NCBI RefSeq assembly: GCF_000372725.1
Contig: NW_005201360.1
Location: 84,881 to 148,880 of the forward strand
Source: Emiliania huxleyi CCMP1516
Taxonomy: Eukaryota
Direction of reading: 5' to 3'
Length of the DNA stretch: 64,000 nt
The notes beneath the pieces were generated by a model. That model had not been told where the DNA came from and ran no database searches. It saw only the letters and a list, made by a program, of their open reading frames with translations. The position numbers were made by a program, and so were the translations under genes. Below, piece after piece: positions 13,069 through 25,249 of the stretch. Every line of letters begins with the position of its first letter. Position 1 is the first letter of the stretch.

Positions 13069-15204
13069 CTACAGCCTGTACACCACATCGGCCGACGCCC
13101 AAGGGCAGGTTCTGGCGGGCGTGGGCGACATGTCCACCTTACGCAAGCTTGGACGGTTGTGGGGATGGCCTGCACACCCGCACCCGGAGGGCTCTTGGTG
13201 TTGGTCCTGGCGCCGCCGGCGCCGCCGCAAGTAGATTCCGGCCAGGAGTAGCGCACAGCTGACAACACATCCAGCGATTCCGGCAACGAGGGCGATGCTG
13301 CCTCCGCCCTCTGGTGGCGGCGGTGGCGGTGGGAGCGATGGTGGCGGCGGGAGCCATGGCGGTGGCGGCGGAGGCGGGTGGGGCGGAGGCGACGGAGGCG
13401 GAGGCGATGGGAGTGGCGGCTTGGGCGGCGGCGGATTTGGCGCCAGGTCGGGCGGGTGCGGCGGCGGCGAGGGTGGCGAGGGTGGTGGTGGAGATGGCGG
13501 CGGTGGCGATGGCGACGGCGGAGGAAGAGGCTCGGGGGAGGGTGGCGGCAACGGTGGAGGCGGTTGAGGTGACGGCGGTGGTGGACGTGGCACCGGTGGC
13601 CGGGGTGGCGGGGACGATGGTGACGGTGCGTTGCATAGCTCGGCGACATCAGTGGCGGCGGTGTCGCCGGCAGCGATGGCAATGGTGGCGGTGTGAGCAG
13701 TGATCGCACACGCGCGGATAACGTGACTCGAGGCTACCCTCGCCTCTTGAGTCGCTCGGAGCGAAGCCTCCAGCCGCGTGCCGCGATAATGATCGGCGGA
13801 AGTCAAAAGTCGGATGTGCACCTGTGTAACAACGCCCAGCTATCTCGCATCTCCCACCTGTCTCGCGTGTGAAGTGAGTTTGTCGGGCGGTGCGAGCGAG
13901 CCTGCACGTGATGGCGCTGGTCATCGGGGAGGTCGGCGTCGTACCCCGAATCGTCCCGCAGAGAGACCCACGCCTCGCTGTTTGGGTAGTCCGCGTAGCA
14001 CGAACGGCACAAGAAGCGGACCGCGGAGAGCACCGATGGCGCCGGCGGCTGGCCGACCGCATGGATGATGTACCGCTCGGCACCCTCGGGCTCAGCGAAG
14101 GCGACGTGGTCCGCGGTGATCCAGCCGAGCTGGAAACGGTTGACCACATTGAACCTGGCGCGACCGGCGGCGGCGAGGAGTGCTACGGGGCTGACAGGTG
14201 TGGTGTGAAAGGGCCCTTTTCACACCCAGCTGTGGCTTCTCTGTGGGCGGGGCGTCGCACGCTTTCCAGTGGCGGTTCTGGCCCATGACGGAGGTCGTGT
14301 CGCCGTAAGAATTGGCCGGGATGCCCGCATGGTAGAGCCCGAGGTTGTGCCCGAGCTCGTGCACCCGCGTCATCGGTTGAGCGTCGCGTATCACTGTGAA
14401 GCACCGGCCGTGGCTGTCTTCTCTGCCTGGCGGCGCACAGCCCACGTTGCCGATGCCTCCCCAGTTGCAGGAGCCAAATTCGCGGGGGACAAAGTACTCT
14501 CTATGCGTGAACAAGTTCGGGTCGATCCCCAGCTGCGACTTTGCCAAATCATTGGCGCGATTAAGCTCCGGAATCACGACCGCTTGGTAGTTACAGCCCA
14601 AGCTCTCCTCCGGGGTATGGTTGCCCATCATCACGGTGACGGCCATCACCGACGCGGCCTGGTCCAGCGAGGTGGCACCATACGAGGAGAAATTGAGGGC
14701 GTCGTTCACCCAGCCAGTCACCGTTCCCGAAACCTTGACGCCGCCAGCAGTGCCCCACATTCCATTGTCAGCGCACTCGTTGTTGCAGTAGTCTGGTGCC
14801 GCATCGGTGTACACAAGGCGGAGCGTCACGACCGTTCGTGCCATGGCGGCCCCGAGAGAAGTGTCCACGAGCGCGCGTGCACTCCTCGGCGCCATGGCGC
14901 CGGCAGTTCGAGCGATCTCTGCCTGAGGCAATGCCCTTGCCACAGGGCCGCCACGCCTGCCCGAGCCGAGGGCTGAAGCGGCGGCGATGGGGTCGAGGGC
15001 GGGAGCGCTCACGTTCAGGGTGACTGGGTGGTCAGCAGGGGCGCCGGAGAAGCACGGGCTGTCCGCAGAGACGTAATGCACTCCTCTGTCTCTTGTGGAG
15101 CAGACACCGTAAGCGAGCTGAGCGTGCGAGGCGCCCCAGTAATCTTCCGTGAGGAGCTCAAGGCGCTCGCACTCGAGCAGCATGCCTTGCGGCTGGGCGG
15201 CCAA
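13069..15204 (-). CDS. Membrane-anchored metzincin metalloprotease (peptidase M11/gametolysin-like) with polyproline stalk and C-terminal TM; multi-exon, start uncertain
   Basis: HELGHNLGLYHAG zinc motif, YGD.TSVMG Met-turn, CNWGGIGNVGC, following exon FNVVNRFQLGWI; (SP)nP stalk then IALVAGIAGCVVSCALLLAGIYL followed by RRRRRR. Confidence 0.85.
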
Positions 15205-15421
15205 ATAGGTCTGGCGGCAAAAGGCAGGCTGGCAGCGTTCGAGGTCGCCTGAGGGTCGGGCGGATCCAGGACGGGCGGTGAAACGCGTGTCACAACGCGC
15301 GAAAAGCCGAAAGCCGCAAATGCCCGCTGTCTGCCGAAAGCTGGTGTTCGTTTGGTGAAACCCGGCGACTCGACGGGTCGGCGGAACCCTGTACGAGTGA
15401 GAGTATATGTGTAGGGGGGAG

Positions 15422-15434
15422 GGAGAGAGAGAGA

Positions 15435-15510
<76 letters not shown>

Positions 15511-15553
15511 CAGAGGGAGAGAGAGAGAGAGAGAGGGGGGGGGGGAGACAGAG
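15422..15553. repeat. (GA)n microsatellite
   Basis: Direct reading. Confidence 0.95.
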
Positions 15554-16310
15554 AGGGTGAACCTTCTTTTTTTCTATCTACCAGGCACATGTAGGATTGA
15601 GAGCAGCCTCGCTCTCAATCCTAGAAGTCGAAGGACTGTGAGCAGCACTCCTAAAGTTCTAGGATTGTGAGCTAAGCTGCTCCGCAACACGCAACCCTAG
15701 ACTTTGCTCGGATTGCGAGCGCGCGATGGTAGTAAGTAGTCGTAGGCGTCATCCACCAGTCACAAACAGAGTTGTTTGGTATTGAAAATCTCCCCCCCAG
15801 TCACCTTCGTTCGGCCGTGCCCCCGCGAGGGGCGCGGTCGACACCAGAAGGGGGTTGTATGACGTTCTCTAGAGACGACGTAGTCGGGGACGTCCGCAAT
15901 CACAATGTGGACGGACACGACGGGGCGAGGTGTGAAAGCACAGAGGCAACCAACACACACTAGGGTTCGTTCGGGAGAGAGTGCCTGACGGGCTTCGGCC
16001 CGACGTCCCAGGGCCTTCTCCGTACGAGGGGAGCACGTCTCGCGCGCGGGGGCGGCGAGCAGGGCCTCGGATTCGCGCATGATCCGGTTCCGAGTGCTCT
16101 GGGAAAGAATTACAGACTTGCAAGGGAAAAGAAAACTCGAAGCACCCTCTACAAGCTCTCCGTTTGCTGCCTTGCTGCCGCTCGGCTTTGCTGCCTTGCT
16201 GACGGCTCCGCTGCCGTTCGGCTTTGCTGCCTTGCTGACTCCGCTGTCTTCGCTGTGCCCCCGGCTCCGCTTCCTTCGGCTGTGCCTCGCCCTTGCTGGA
16301 GAGCCTCACC

Positions 16311-19300
16311 ATGTCCGACGCGCAAGCGAAGCTCGTCCTCTACAGAAGCTACCTCGGCACCGTCCAGCGCTTCCACGACTCGAGCACTCGTGCGCTCGGC
16401 GGCTACGCCCGAGTCGTGGACGTCGTGCTGAACGGGGACGAGGTCGAGCTTCGCATCGAGACGCTGCACAGCGCGGAGCCGTCCGGCGAGTCGTGGATCG
16501 AGGAGGAGCCGGACGAGTGCGCGGCTCACTTGTGCGAGTCCGCCGCCTCGGACATTGCCGCCGCCATTCTTCCCGACGCCGCAGCCAGCACGGCCGCGCC
16601 CGCCGGCGTCCTGTCCACAGTCCTCGCCGTCCTGGGGCAGCCTGCGACCATCCTGGGGCAGCCTGCGAGCACTGTCATGTCGGCGTCCTTCGTGCTCAAG
16701 GCGGGTCTCCGCCGCCTGGGCGAGTCGCTCGCACGCTCCGCAAGAGAGGAGGGAGGGCGCGCCGCCATGTTGCGGATAAAGGAACGAGCGCAGCGGCGAG
16801 GGGCCGAAGAGGCATGGCGCGTGAGGGCGAAATATAAGCCGGGGGATCCCGACGGGATCGATGGCGCAGACCGGGCGCGGGCCAAGGCAGAGGAGGCGGC
16901 GCAAAAGGAGCTGGCCGCCAGCATCGCACGGATCGGGCTGTTTGCCGACACGACCGCCGCTGCGGCCCTGCTCAAGCCGGTGTCTCAGGTGCTCTCCCGC
17001 GGCCTCGACGCATCGGCCGTGCCGCGGGTGCTGGAGACTCTGCGCCGGCGGCTGGCGGCGGCGTGGCACGCGAGCGAGAGCAGCCTGATCTCTCGGCTGA
17101 CCTCGATCGAGACCACCACCGCCTCGCTCGACGAGGCGCTCGCCGCGCCGTGGAGCGATGGCCGCGCAGCGCTCACTCGCCTCCGCGATGCGCTGGCGAG
17201 GCTGCTTCAACGAGACGTTGACAGCGAGTGGCAGGCGGCTTGCGACGAGGCGCTCGAGGAGTGCAGGGATCTGGCCACGAGCGAGCCGCGCCAGATCGAC
17301 GGCCGCCTCCGCGCTCTCGAGGAGAGGCTGCTCTCGCTGGCGCGGGAGGCATGCGCTCTCCTGCCGGAATGGAAGCGGCTGCGCGCTGAGGAAAGGACTC
17401 GCGAAAACTTTCGTGCGCTTCGCACCGACGTCGCAGCGCACACGCGCATCGCCGACGGGGACGTCGAGGAGGCTGCGGCGCAGCTCGTTGCCGAGGTGCG
17501 AGCCGCCGTGCGAGCCGTGCCGGAGTTGTACGAGCAGGCCATGGACGCCGCCATCGACGAGGTCAAGCAGAATCCGGCGCACGCATCGTACTCTCGGAAT
17601 CTCAGCCAGCTCGTGCGAGAGAAGGCGGGTATCCTGAAACAGTGCAAGGAAGCGCGAGACGAGTTGGCGGAGGCGGCGGTCGAGACGGCAAAAGCGAGGC
17701 TCGCCGTGTGGCGGGAAGAGGCGATCGCAGCCGTGTCGGCCGTGCAGCGCACCGCAAGAGAGGGTCAAGCAGGCGGCGGCGGCGCGAGCAGCGACGAGCT
17801 CCGCCGTGCGCTGAGGCAGCTCCCCTCCGGGGCCGAGGGCAGTCTCGTCCAGGCTCTGATTGCGTCGGCGGGGGATGACGCGGCAGCAAGCATCTCGAAG
17901 CTCGTCGAGCGCCGCGTGGATGACCTGCTCGCCTCCTTCGGCGAGGCGCTGTGCAAAGGCGGGCGGCACACGTGCGTGCTCTGTGGAGACGCGGGCGCAG
18001 CTCTCGGCAAGGCGAGCGTTTCCCACTTCCCCGCGGGCTTTTGTGGCTGGGCTTCAGGCGTCTGCGATGCGCAAGCATGCGAGTGTTGGGGCAAGGGGAA
18101 GCAGCGGGCCGTGAAGCTTGGCGACGTTGCGCTGCAGCCGCTCCCAGCCTTCCAGTTTCTCGGCTTGCGGGAGGACGCCTCTGCGGCTGCGGTGTCGAAG
18201 AGCTTGCGCTCGGCGATGCGACAGCATCACGCGGATCGTGCGGGCGGCACGGCGGCTGGCTGGGCTGCGTGTGAGGAGGTCGGCCGCTGCCTCCGCCAGG
18301 ACGCGGCCCGCAGCGCGTACTTGGAAGGTCGCGGCCATGAGTACTTCGTGAAGCACTACGGCGACGACCCGGCGGAGCAGCTGGCGAAGATTAAAAAAGA
18401 GCATGAGTCTGCGCTGACGGAGCACCGCGCCCGGTTGGCGGGAGCCAATCGGGCGCAACAGTCGAGCTCGATACGACCGGAGGGGCCGCGCAGGATTGAG
18501 GACAAGACGCTCCTGCCTACCCGGCTGCCAAAGACGAGCGCGAGGCAGTACTCCATCGAACATGAGGAATGGGTGGACGGCAAAAACTTCCCCAGCGTGC
18601 GGACGCGTGTCGATTGGGCGTCTCGGCTCACCGACAGCATGCTGGAAAAGGGCTGCTACTACGAGCTGGAGGTGGCCTCGGTCCTCGGCCCTCGGTCCGC
18701 TTCGCCGCCGGACTCGTCATACGTAAGGAGATACAAGGGGCTGCAGACTCACTTCGAGTTGAGCCTCTGCGACGAGAGTGCCGCCCCTCGGACGTTTCAC
18801 CTTCGCGTGCGTGCTCGTGCGGCGGATGGGTCCTTCGCATCAGAATGGTCTGAGCCGCAGTCGGTGGTTGTGAGTGAGCTCGATCAGCTGCGCGATTGGG
18901 CGTCTGAGGAGATGCTCAAGCAGCTCAAGAGCCTCGCCAAGCGCGCTACCGACGCGCAGGCGGCGTTTAAGCAGCAGCACTTTTCCTTCCCGTTCGCCAG
19001 GCTCGTCGACGACTTGCAGGCAGCTGTGCTTGAGGCCAACGCGGACAACTTCCAGGGAAGCAGCGTGCTACTGCCGGGCCGCTTGCTGAAGAAGAAAAGA
19101 CGTTTGTGCCTGGTCTACACGCGCGACATATCCGCCGAGTGGCACGCGCGTCTCGGCAAGGCCCTCGCTGACACACAAGAGCTTCAGCGGGCGGCGGAGG
19201 CGGAGGTCGCCGCTCAGAAAGCCGTCGCTCTCTTCGAACACTTGCATCTAGGACGGCACGCCATGAGAAGAGGCCCAATTTCAAACGGTGTACCTGTGTT

Positions 19301-19343
19301 AGTGCCAGGGCGCGCCCCAGTGCGCGATTTCTATTCTTTTTGA
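16311..19343 (+). CDS. Large protein: helical/coiled-coil N-terminus, J-domain-like module (HAD instead of HPD) and fibronectin type III-like domain
   Basis: ~1010-aa ORF; FLGLREDASAAAVSKSLRSAMRQHHADR..L.QDAARSAY (~18150-18320); YELEV..YKG...FHLRVRARAADG..SEWS (~18650-18860). Confidence 0.7.
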   Translation: MSDAQAKLVLYRSYLGTVQRFHDSSTRALGGYARVVDVVLNGDEVELRIETLHSAEPSGESWIEEEPDECAAHLCESAASDIAAAILPDAAASTAAPAGVLSTVLAVLGQPATILGQPASTVMSASFVLKAGLRRLGESLARSAREEGGRAAMLRIKERAQRRGAEEAWRVRAKYKPGDPDGIDGADRARAKAEEAAQKELAASIARIGLFADTTAAAALLKPVSQVLSRGLDASAVPRVLETLRRRLAAAWHASESSLISRLTSIETTTASLDEALAAPWSDGRAALTRLRDALARLLQRDVDSEWQAACDEALEECRDLATSEPRQIDGRLRALEERLLSLAREACALLPEWKRLRAEERTRENFRALRTDVAAHTRIADGDVEEAAAQLVAEVRAAVRAVPELYEQAMDAAIDEVKQNPAHASYSRNLSQLVREKAGILKQCKEARDELAEAAVETAKARLAVWREEAIAAVSAVQRTAREGQAGGGGASSDELRRALRQLPSGAEGSLVQALIASAGDDAAASISKLVERRVDDLLASFGEALCKGGRHTCVLCGDAGAALGKASVSHFPAGFCGWASGVCDAQACECWGKGKQRAVKLGDVALQPLPAFQFLGLREDASAAAVSKSLRSAMRQHHADRAGGTAAGWAACEEVGRCLRQDAARSAYLEGRGHEYFVKHYGDDPAEQLAKIKKEHESALTEHRARLAGANRAQQSSSIRPEGPRRIEDKTLLPTRLPKTSARQYSIEHEEWVDGKNFPSVRTRVDWASRLTDSMLEKGCYYELEVASVLGPRSASPPDSSYVRRYKGLQTHFELSLCDESAAPRTFHLRVRARAADGSFASEWSEPQSVVVSELDQLRDWASEEMLKQLKSLAKRATDAQAAFKQQHFSFPFARLVDDLQAAVLEANADNFQGSSVLLPGRLLKKKRRLCLVYTRDISAEWHARLGKALADTQELQRAAEAEVAAQKAVALFEHLHLGRHAMRRGPISNGVPVLVPGRAPVRDFYSF

Positions 19344-19380
19344 AAAAATCAAGGATGGGGCTTGCGGCTCTTGGGCGAGG

Positions 19381-19800
19381 ATGGAGGCGGAGGCGGTAGA
19401 GGACAGAGCCTCGAGCGCAGCGGACACGGCAGTGCCGAAGCCACTGCCAGATGTGGTCGACCGACTGCACGCCAAGGTTACCGAGATGTGCGAGGCCTAC
19501 TTCACGTCGATCGGGCACCTCCAGTCGCAGGCGCCGCCGCTCCCAGCCGGGAGCGCGGCGGGCGCGGCAGCGGGGCCGGGCGCCGAGACGGTGGCCTCCT
19601 TTGCGTCCGACGTGACGCGGCTGCACCGCGAGTTTGATGGCCTCGTGGACGAGCTCGAGAGCCAGCAGTGCAGCGAATCCGAGCAACTCGCGGCGATCGA
19701 GACGCTCCAGTCAGAGCTCCGGAGAGCCGACGCGGAGCTCCGCACCGAGGCGGCCGCCCTCAAAGAGATTGGCTGGCGGCGCTCGGAGCCGTCCACGTGA
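19381..19800 (+). CDS. MED21: Mediator subunit 21 (Srb7)
   Basis: DRLHAKVTEMCEAYFTSIGHLQSQAPP ... FASDVTRLHREFDGLVDEL..SESEQLAAIETLQSE matches the Med21 helical pattern. Confidence 0.75.
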   Translation: MEAEAVEDRASSAADTAVPKPLPDVVDRLHAKVTEMCEAYFTSIGHLQSQAPPLPAGSAAGAAAGPGAETVASFASDVTRLHREFDGLVDELESQQCSESEQLAAIETLQSELRRADAELRTEAAALKEIGWRRSEPST

Positions 19801-20054
19801 GGAGCCGCCATGTTGTCATCGCCATATTTCCACCCAGACCGGATTCTAGCTGTTTATAGCAGTTGCCGTTTCGTCGTCGTCGGCTTCAGCCACTCAGCAC
19901 TCTGCACTCAGGACTCCGCCCCGGCTCCCCCGCCAGAACGGCCCTCTCGCGCCTCTTCCCCACCACAGCAGCACGAGCCACGACACTGCACGCACGAGCA
20001 CGCCACCCTGCTTCCCGCCTCTCGCCCCCTGGCGCCCTGGGATGTGTACAAACC

Positions 20055-20426
20055 CAGTGGCAGTGCTCAAACTTTACCGGTATGGGAGTTTTTGGCTAAT
20101 CAAACCCAAGGCCTGCACTAATCAAAAAGTGGTACGGGATACCAGTTGCCTCACGGAAATCAAAGCGAGTCGGAGTGCCTTCTTGGTGGCAAAATCGGCA
20201 AAATCGGCAAAATACCGGGTATTTTGCGGGTATACCTGGAAAAACCCGGGTATACCCGGGTAATACCCGCACTTTTGCATGGTTTCGCCCCCGGGACCAC
20301 ACCGACAGCCGCTACAACTACTGAAAACCCCGCATACCACTTTCGCATACCACTATACCATACCACTCCAAAACTAATCAAAATATCGCCAAATACCAGT
20401 CTCATACCGGTAAAGTTTGAGCACTG
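20055..20426. mobile_element. hAT-like MITE
   Basis: TIR CAGTGCTCAAACTTTACCGGTATG(G/A)GA (20061-20087 / 20400-20426), 8-bp TSD TACAAACC (20047-20054, 20427-20434), internal short repeats (GGCAAAATC, CCGGGTA). Confidence 0.85.
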
Positions 20427-20539
20427 TACAAACCTACATTGCTGTCTTACGGTCCGACCTGCGGGCATCGCCTACGCTCGGCACCGGGCACCGCCTCGGT
20501 ATACAAAATCTGCCCGATGGGCGATGGTGCGAATCAAAG

Positions 20540-20748
20540 AGAGAAAGAAAGAAAACAGACAGTCGAAGAGAGGGATGGGAGGACGGCACGCCGCCGCCAC
20601 CACCACACAGGGATTTTAAGGAGAGGAGTGTGGTGCGCTAGCCGTCGCCCACCCTTGGGCGTCTGCCTTATCTCTCTTCGCAGTTTCTCACCAATTCTCG
20701 CTGCAACCTCCATGCCACCTCGCGGTCGTCCCACTCTCGTCGTTCTCC
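20540..20748 (+). repeat. Interspersed repeat family A copy
   Basis: ~200 bp closely matching 2630-2840 (GGGATTTTAAGGAGAGG.GTGTGGTGCGCTAGCCGTCGCCCACCCTTGGGCGTC...). Confidence 0.85.
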
Positions 20749-20860
20749 GCCTAAGTGCAAAAGGATTTCTTTAACCAGCGGCCTCGGAAATTCTTTATCC
20801 ACTCTGCTGCCGCTCGATGCGCCGTAGCGTTGTGAGTGAAGAGTGTTCTAGCAGTAGTGC

Positions 20861-23800
20861 ATGAGTCTCGTCGACTCGGGCGTCAAGCGGCAACGCCTGG
20901 ATGCGTCCACCTGGCTGCTCTCCGGAGAGCAAACGGGTGCATACGAGGGTGGCGAGGAGGCGGGCGGAGAGGACGGAGAGGACATAGAGGACGAGGTCGA
21001 CGATGAAGACATGTGGGAGGACGCCGGCGGTGCGGATGGCGTCGCCCCTGCGCCGGACGCCGCCCACACATTGATGATGCCGACTGGGAACCTCACCTTG
21101 ATGCTCGACGCCGAGGACCGGCCCGGTGGACCCGTGGGCGCACCTGCGGCGGCAGATCCCGGTCTGAAGACGATCCTCTCAGCGGAGGAGGAGCGGAGGC
21201 AGCGGCTGCTGCTCAAGGCGGCGAAGCAGGCGGAGCGTCAAGAGGGGCAGCGCCGGCGCGAGGTGCACGACAGGAGGCTGCGTCGGTATCGCCTCGTCGA
21301 GGCCGTACCTCGACCCTCCCGGAAGTCTCTTGCCTAGGCGTTTGAGGTGGTGCACCGAGTGGCGCTGCAGTGCTGGCTGGCGCACGGCGTGCAGCTCTCG
21401 CAGCAGGTGCCGTCGCAGCGCGGAGGCCGTCTGCAGCCGCGAGAGCGACGGTGCTCACTCGGCCCATCGCCGCGTCTCGCGCCTGCAGGCGTCGGAGCCG
21501 CTGTTGCACTCGCTCCTCCTCTCGCTCCTCCCGCCCGACCTCGCGCTTGCCTCGGCGCCGCGGCGGCTCGACCTCGCCGGCCTCCGCCGCATCCTCGCGT
21601 GGCTGCCCTCCTGCTTCGACGCCGCGACGCACGGCACGCGCCGCACCCCGCACTGCCCAGCAGCCGGAACCACGGGCGCGCCAGTCCCGACACGCCCGCG
21701 ACACGCCCGCGACAAGCCCGCGACACGCGCCCGCGACACGCCCACGCCTGCAGGCGGCGACGGCGCCGCAGGGCCGGTGCGGCTCATCGAGCGGCGGTGG
21801 CTGCTCCTCTCGCTGCTGCACCTCGGCCGCGAGCCCGGCGCGCCAGACTGGGCGGCGGCGGCGGTCAGCGGCTGAGGCAGAGGGGCAGCTGTCCGCGATA
21901 CGTCCACGACGCGTCCGCCAGCTTTGTCCAAAAGGTGGGCGCCGTCGAGGCGGAGCTGAGCCGCGCGCCACGAGTCGCGGCGGGGGCGGCCGCGGCGTTC
22001 GTTCCTCCTCCCGGGCGCGGCTCGGCGCTGCGTGAGCGGCTGGCGCGCGCGCCGTTTCCCACCCTCCCGCCTCCGCGCCCTCGCCCTCTCACCGCCGCCC
22101 AGCCCGCCGCCACCCTCGCCAGCGCCTCCCGGCCCGCCACCGCCGAGCCCGCCGCCGCCGTCGCCACCGCCACCGAGCCCTCGCCCTCTATCGCCACCAG
22201 CGGGTGCGCGCGTCTCGGAAGAGCGACCGCCTCACGAGGCTGCGCTTTGGCTTGGACAGGCGGAGCTGGCGCACGAGGCGCACGCAGCGGCGCTGCTGCG
22301 GCCCGCCGAGGCTGGCGGCGGCGGCACCGCCGGTGGGAGCGGCGGCGGGGAGGGGAGGGAGGCGGAGGGGGAAGCGGAGGCGCGAGGGGCGGGCTGAGCA
22401 GCAGCGTCTGCCTCTCGGCTGCACTTGGGGGGCTCCTCTCGGCTGTAGGAGCTCGCTCCGCAGCAGCGCGTGCGCGTGGTTGGCATCTCCTCCAAGCCGG
22501 AGCTGAACGGGTGCACCCGCCCTCACGCCCTCACGCCCTCACGCCCTCGCGCCTTCGCGCCCTCCCCTCTCCCCCTTCCGTTCTCCGCCCTCCTGCTCGC
22601 TCCCCCGCCCCGCCGCCTCCCCCCCCTCACTCGCCTCACCACGCGTCCGCGTCCGGCGGCGGCAGGCGCGAGGCGACCGTCGTCCGTTTCGACTCCAAGC
22701 TCGGCAGGTGGAGGGTGCGCACGGACGCCGGAGCCAACCTCGCCCTCTTGCGCGGCAACTTGGAGCGTGTCGGAGGCAGCAGCAGCGGCGGCGGCGGCAG
22801 CAGCAGCAGCGGCGGTGGCAGCAGCAGCAGCAGCGGCGGCGGCGGCAGCAGCAGCAGCAGCGGGGGTGGCGGCAGCAGCAGCACGAGGACGGGCGGCGGC
22901 GGCGGCGGTGGCGAGAGCGACGTCGCGCGCGGCTCGCTGCAGGAGGCGCTGGCGACGCGCCGCGCGACAGCGACGCAACAGCTGCTAGTCGTTCTCGGCC
23001 TCCTCCGCAGCCGCGGGCTGACGGCGAGGCTGGTGGTCGCGCTGCAGCCGCCGCCGCGCAAGCCGCCGCCCAAGCCCAAGCCCAAGGCGGCCGGCGGCGG
23101 CGGGAAGGCCGCTTCGGGGGCGGTGAGGACGGCCAAGCCTCCGCACCAGGTTCCGTGCTGGGCCGAGGCGCGCCGCCGCCGCCCCGGGAGAGCAGATTTG
23201 GCGGGCTGCGCCTCTCAGCGCTTCTCAGCGCGGCGCCCCCCCCGCCCCCCTTTCCAGGTGTATCTCCCGCGCGAGGGTCGGTGGGTCGCCCTGGACCCCT
23301 TCTTCAAGCCGAGCGCCCCCGCCGTCGACACTCCCGAGGCCATCCTCTCCGCGCGCGTGTCTGGCCGCGCCCTCGCCGCGCGCGCGTACATCGTCGGCTT
23401 CGGTGCGCACCGCGGGGTGTGGGTGTGGGTGTGAGGGGTGGGCAGGCTGGGGCGAGAGGGTGGGTGGCCCCTCCGGTGGTCTCTCACCGCGGGCCTGACC
23501 ACGGGCGCCGCCCCCCTCCCCGTAGGCGAGGACGAGTCCGCCGTCGACGTCACGGTGCGGTACGTGCCTGACTACGCCGCCTGCCGCGCCGTCCGCACGT
23601 CGCACGAGTGGTGGGAGGCGGCGCTCGCCCTCAGTCGGCGAGGCGGCGCCGGCGCAGAGGCGCGAGCCGGCGGCGGAGAGGAGGGGCGGGCAGAGGAGCG
23701 GGAGGCGCTGGCTCGCGGCGCAACGAGTCGCGACCCCGTCGACCTCACTGCAGACTTGCCGCCCGACGCCGCCGCCCCCGCCGCGAGCCACGCGGGGCCG

Positions 23801-25008
23801 TCCACCTCGGCCGCCGCTGCAGCCGCCGCCGCCGAGGCGGCCGAGGTGCGGTCTCGGCTGAGGTCGCAGCCGATGCCGTCGTCGCTCGCCGCCTTCAAGA
23901 AGGATCCGCCTGCAGCGAGACGCTGGCCCGCTTCTCCCCCCCTCCTGCTCACGGCCCGCGCCCCCGGTGTGCAGGACGCGCACTACGTGCTCGAGCGCGA
24001 CTTGGGCCGGTGCGAGGCGCTGCACCCGACCCCGATACTTGCTGAGTGCCACCGGACGGCGGAGTGCCCCGACTAGGTATGAGGTGCTGCACCCGTCCGA
24101 CACGCCGTTCGTCGGCCTCTTCAAGGGGGAGAGGGTCTACCCGCGCGCCTCCGTCGTGCGGCTGATGACCGAGGAACGGCGGCCCCGAGAAGGTCAGGGG
24201 AAGGAGGCTTCCCGGCGCCGTAACCTTCGAGCCTCCCCACTGGTAGGAGCGATGGTTCCGGCAAGCGCGCTGCCTCCTGCCGGCGCAGGCGCCGCTCAAG
24301 CGCGTCCCAAAGGGCGGCGGAGGCGGGGGCGGCGGCGGCAGGGGCGGCGGCCGCGGGGGCGGCGGCGGCAGGGGCGGCGGCGGCAGGGGCAGAGGGGGAG
24401 GCCCGCCTTGGGGCGCGGCTCGCGGGGGCAAGGCGCCGATTGCGGGCGGCGGGCGGCGGAGTGCGGACGGCGGCGGCAGAGGCGGAGGCGGAGGTGACGG
24501 AGGCGAGGAGTGCGACGGGGAGGGCGAGCCGGCGGAGGGGGAGGGTGGGTGCGGGGCGGAGGGCGGTGGCGGCGAGGGGGCGCTCGATCTGTACGCAGAG
24601 TGGCAGACGTACGCCTACGAGCCTCCCGCGGCGATCGGCGGGGTGGTACCTCGGTCGGAGCGGGGGCACGTCGAGATGTGGTCCGAGAAGCACCTGCCGC
24701 TCGGCACAAAGTGGCTCAGGGCGCCGCACGTCGCGGCTGCCGCCAAGAAGCTGGGCGTCGATTGCGCGCCCGCGATGGTCGGCTTCGACTTTCGCGACGG
24801 CCGGTCGGTGCCGCGGTTCGACGGGGTGATCGTGTGCGAGGAGGCCGCGCCCCTGCTGGTCGAGGCGGCGGCGGGCATCGCCGAGGCCGAGGAGGACAAG
24901 CTGTCGCGCAAGCTGCGCCGCCGCGCTCTCGGCCAGTGGGCGACGCTCCTCAACGCGCTGCGGCTGCGCGCGCGGCTGGAGGCCCAGTACGGGCGCGGCG
25001 ACGACTGA
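20861..25008 (+). CDS. XPC: DNA damage recognition protein XPC/Rad4, multi-exon
   Basis: Transglutaminase-like WAE/VYLPREGRWVALDP, YIVGF, DVTVRY; BHD1-3 motifs MPSSLAAFK..HYVLERDL.RYEVLHP, FKGERVYPR, LYAEWQT..Y.PP..GVVPRSERGHVEMW..LP.G, AMVGFDFRDGRSVPRFDGVIV. Confidence 0.92.
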
Positions 25009-25249
25009 ACACTCTGAAGGCCGAGAGACTGCGCGAGAGAGCTCCGGGGGGCGACCGCGCGGGGAGAGACAGGAGAGTATACCTGTACGTAAAGTGGCCC
25101 TCTTGGTGGGTCTTGGTGACGCCGCGGGTAGAATGTAGAAAGCAGCTTGGGGAGGCGTGTGGCAGTCGTCCGCAGCGGGTGTGATTTCTTGCCAAAAACC
25201 TTGCTGTAAAACCTACTCCGCGACGAGCGACAAGCTCTATCTATACGCG

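Noticed and set aside
15590..15689. TGT...ACA segment with an internal hairpin as a solo LTR
   Set aside because: No matching target-site duplication or second copy in the window
16149..18026. 625-aa minus-strand ORF and similar long antisense ORFs (59498-61547, 21347-23434 read as a whole)
   Set aside because: Shadow frames of GC-rich genes; conserved motifs lie in other frames or exons
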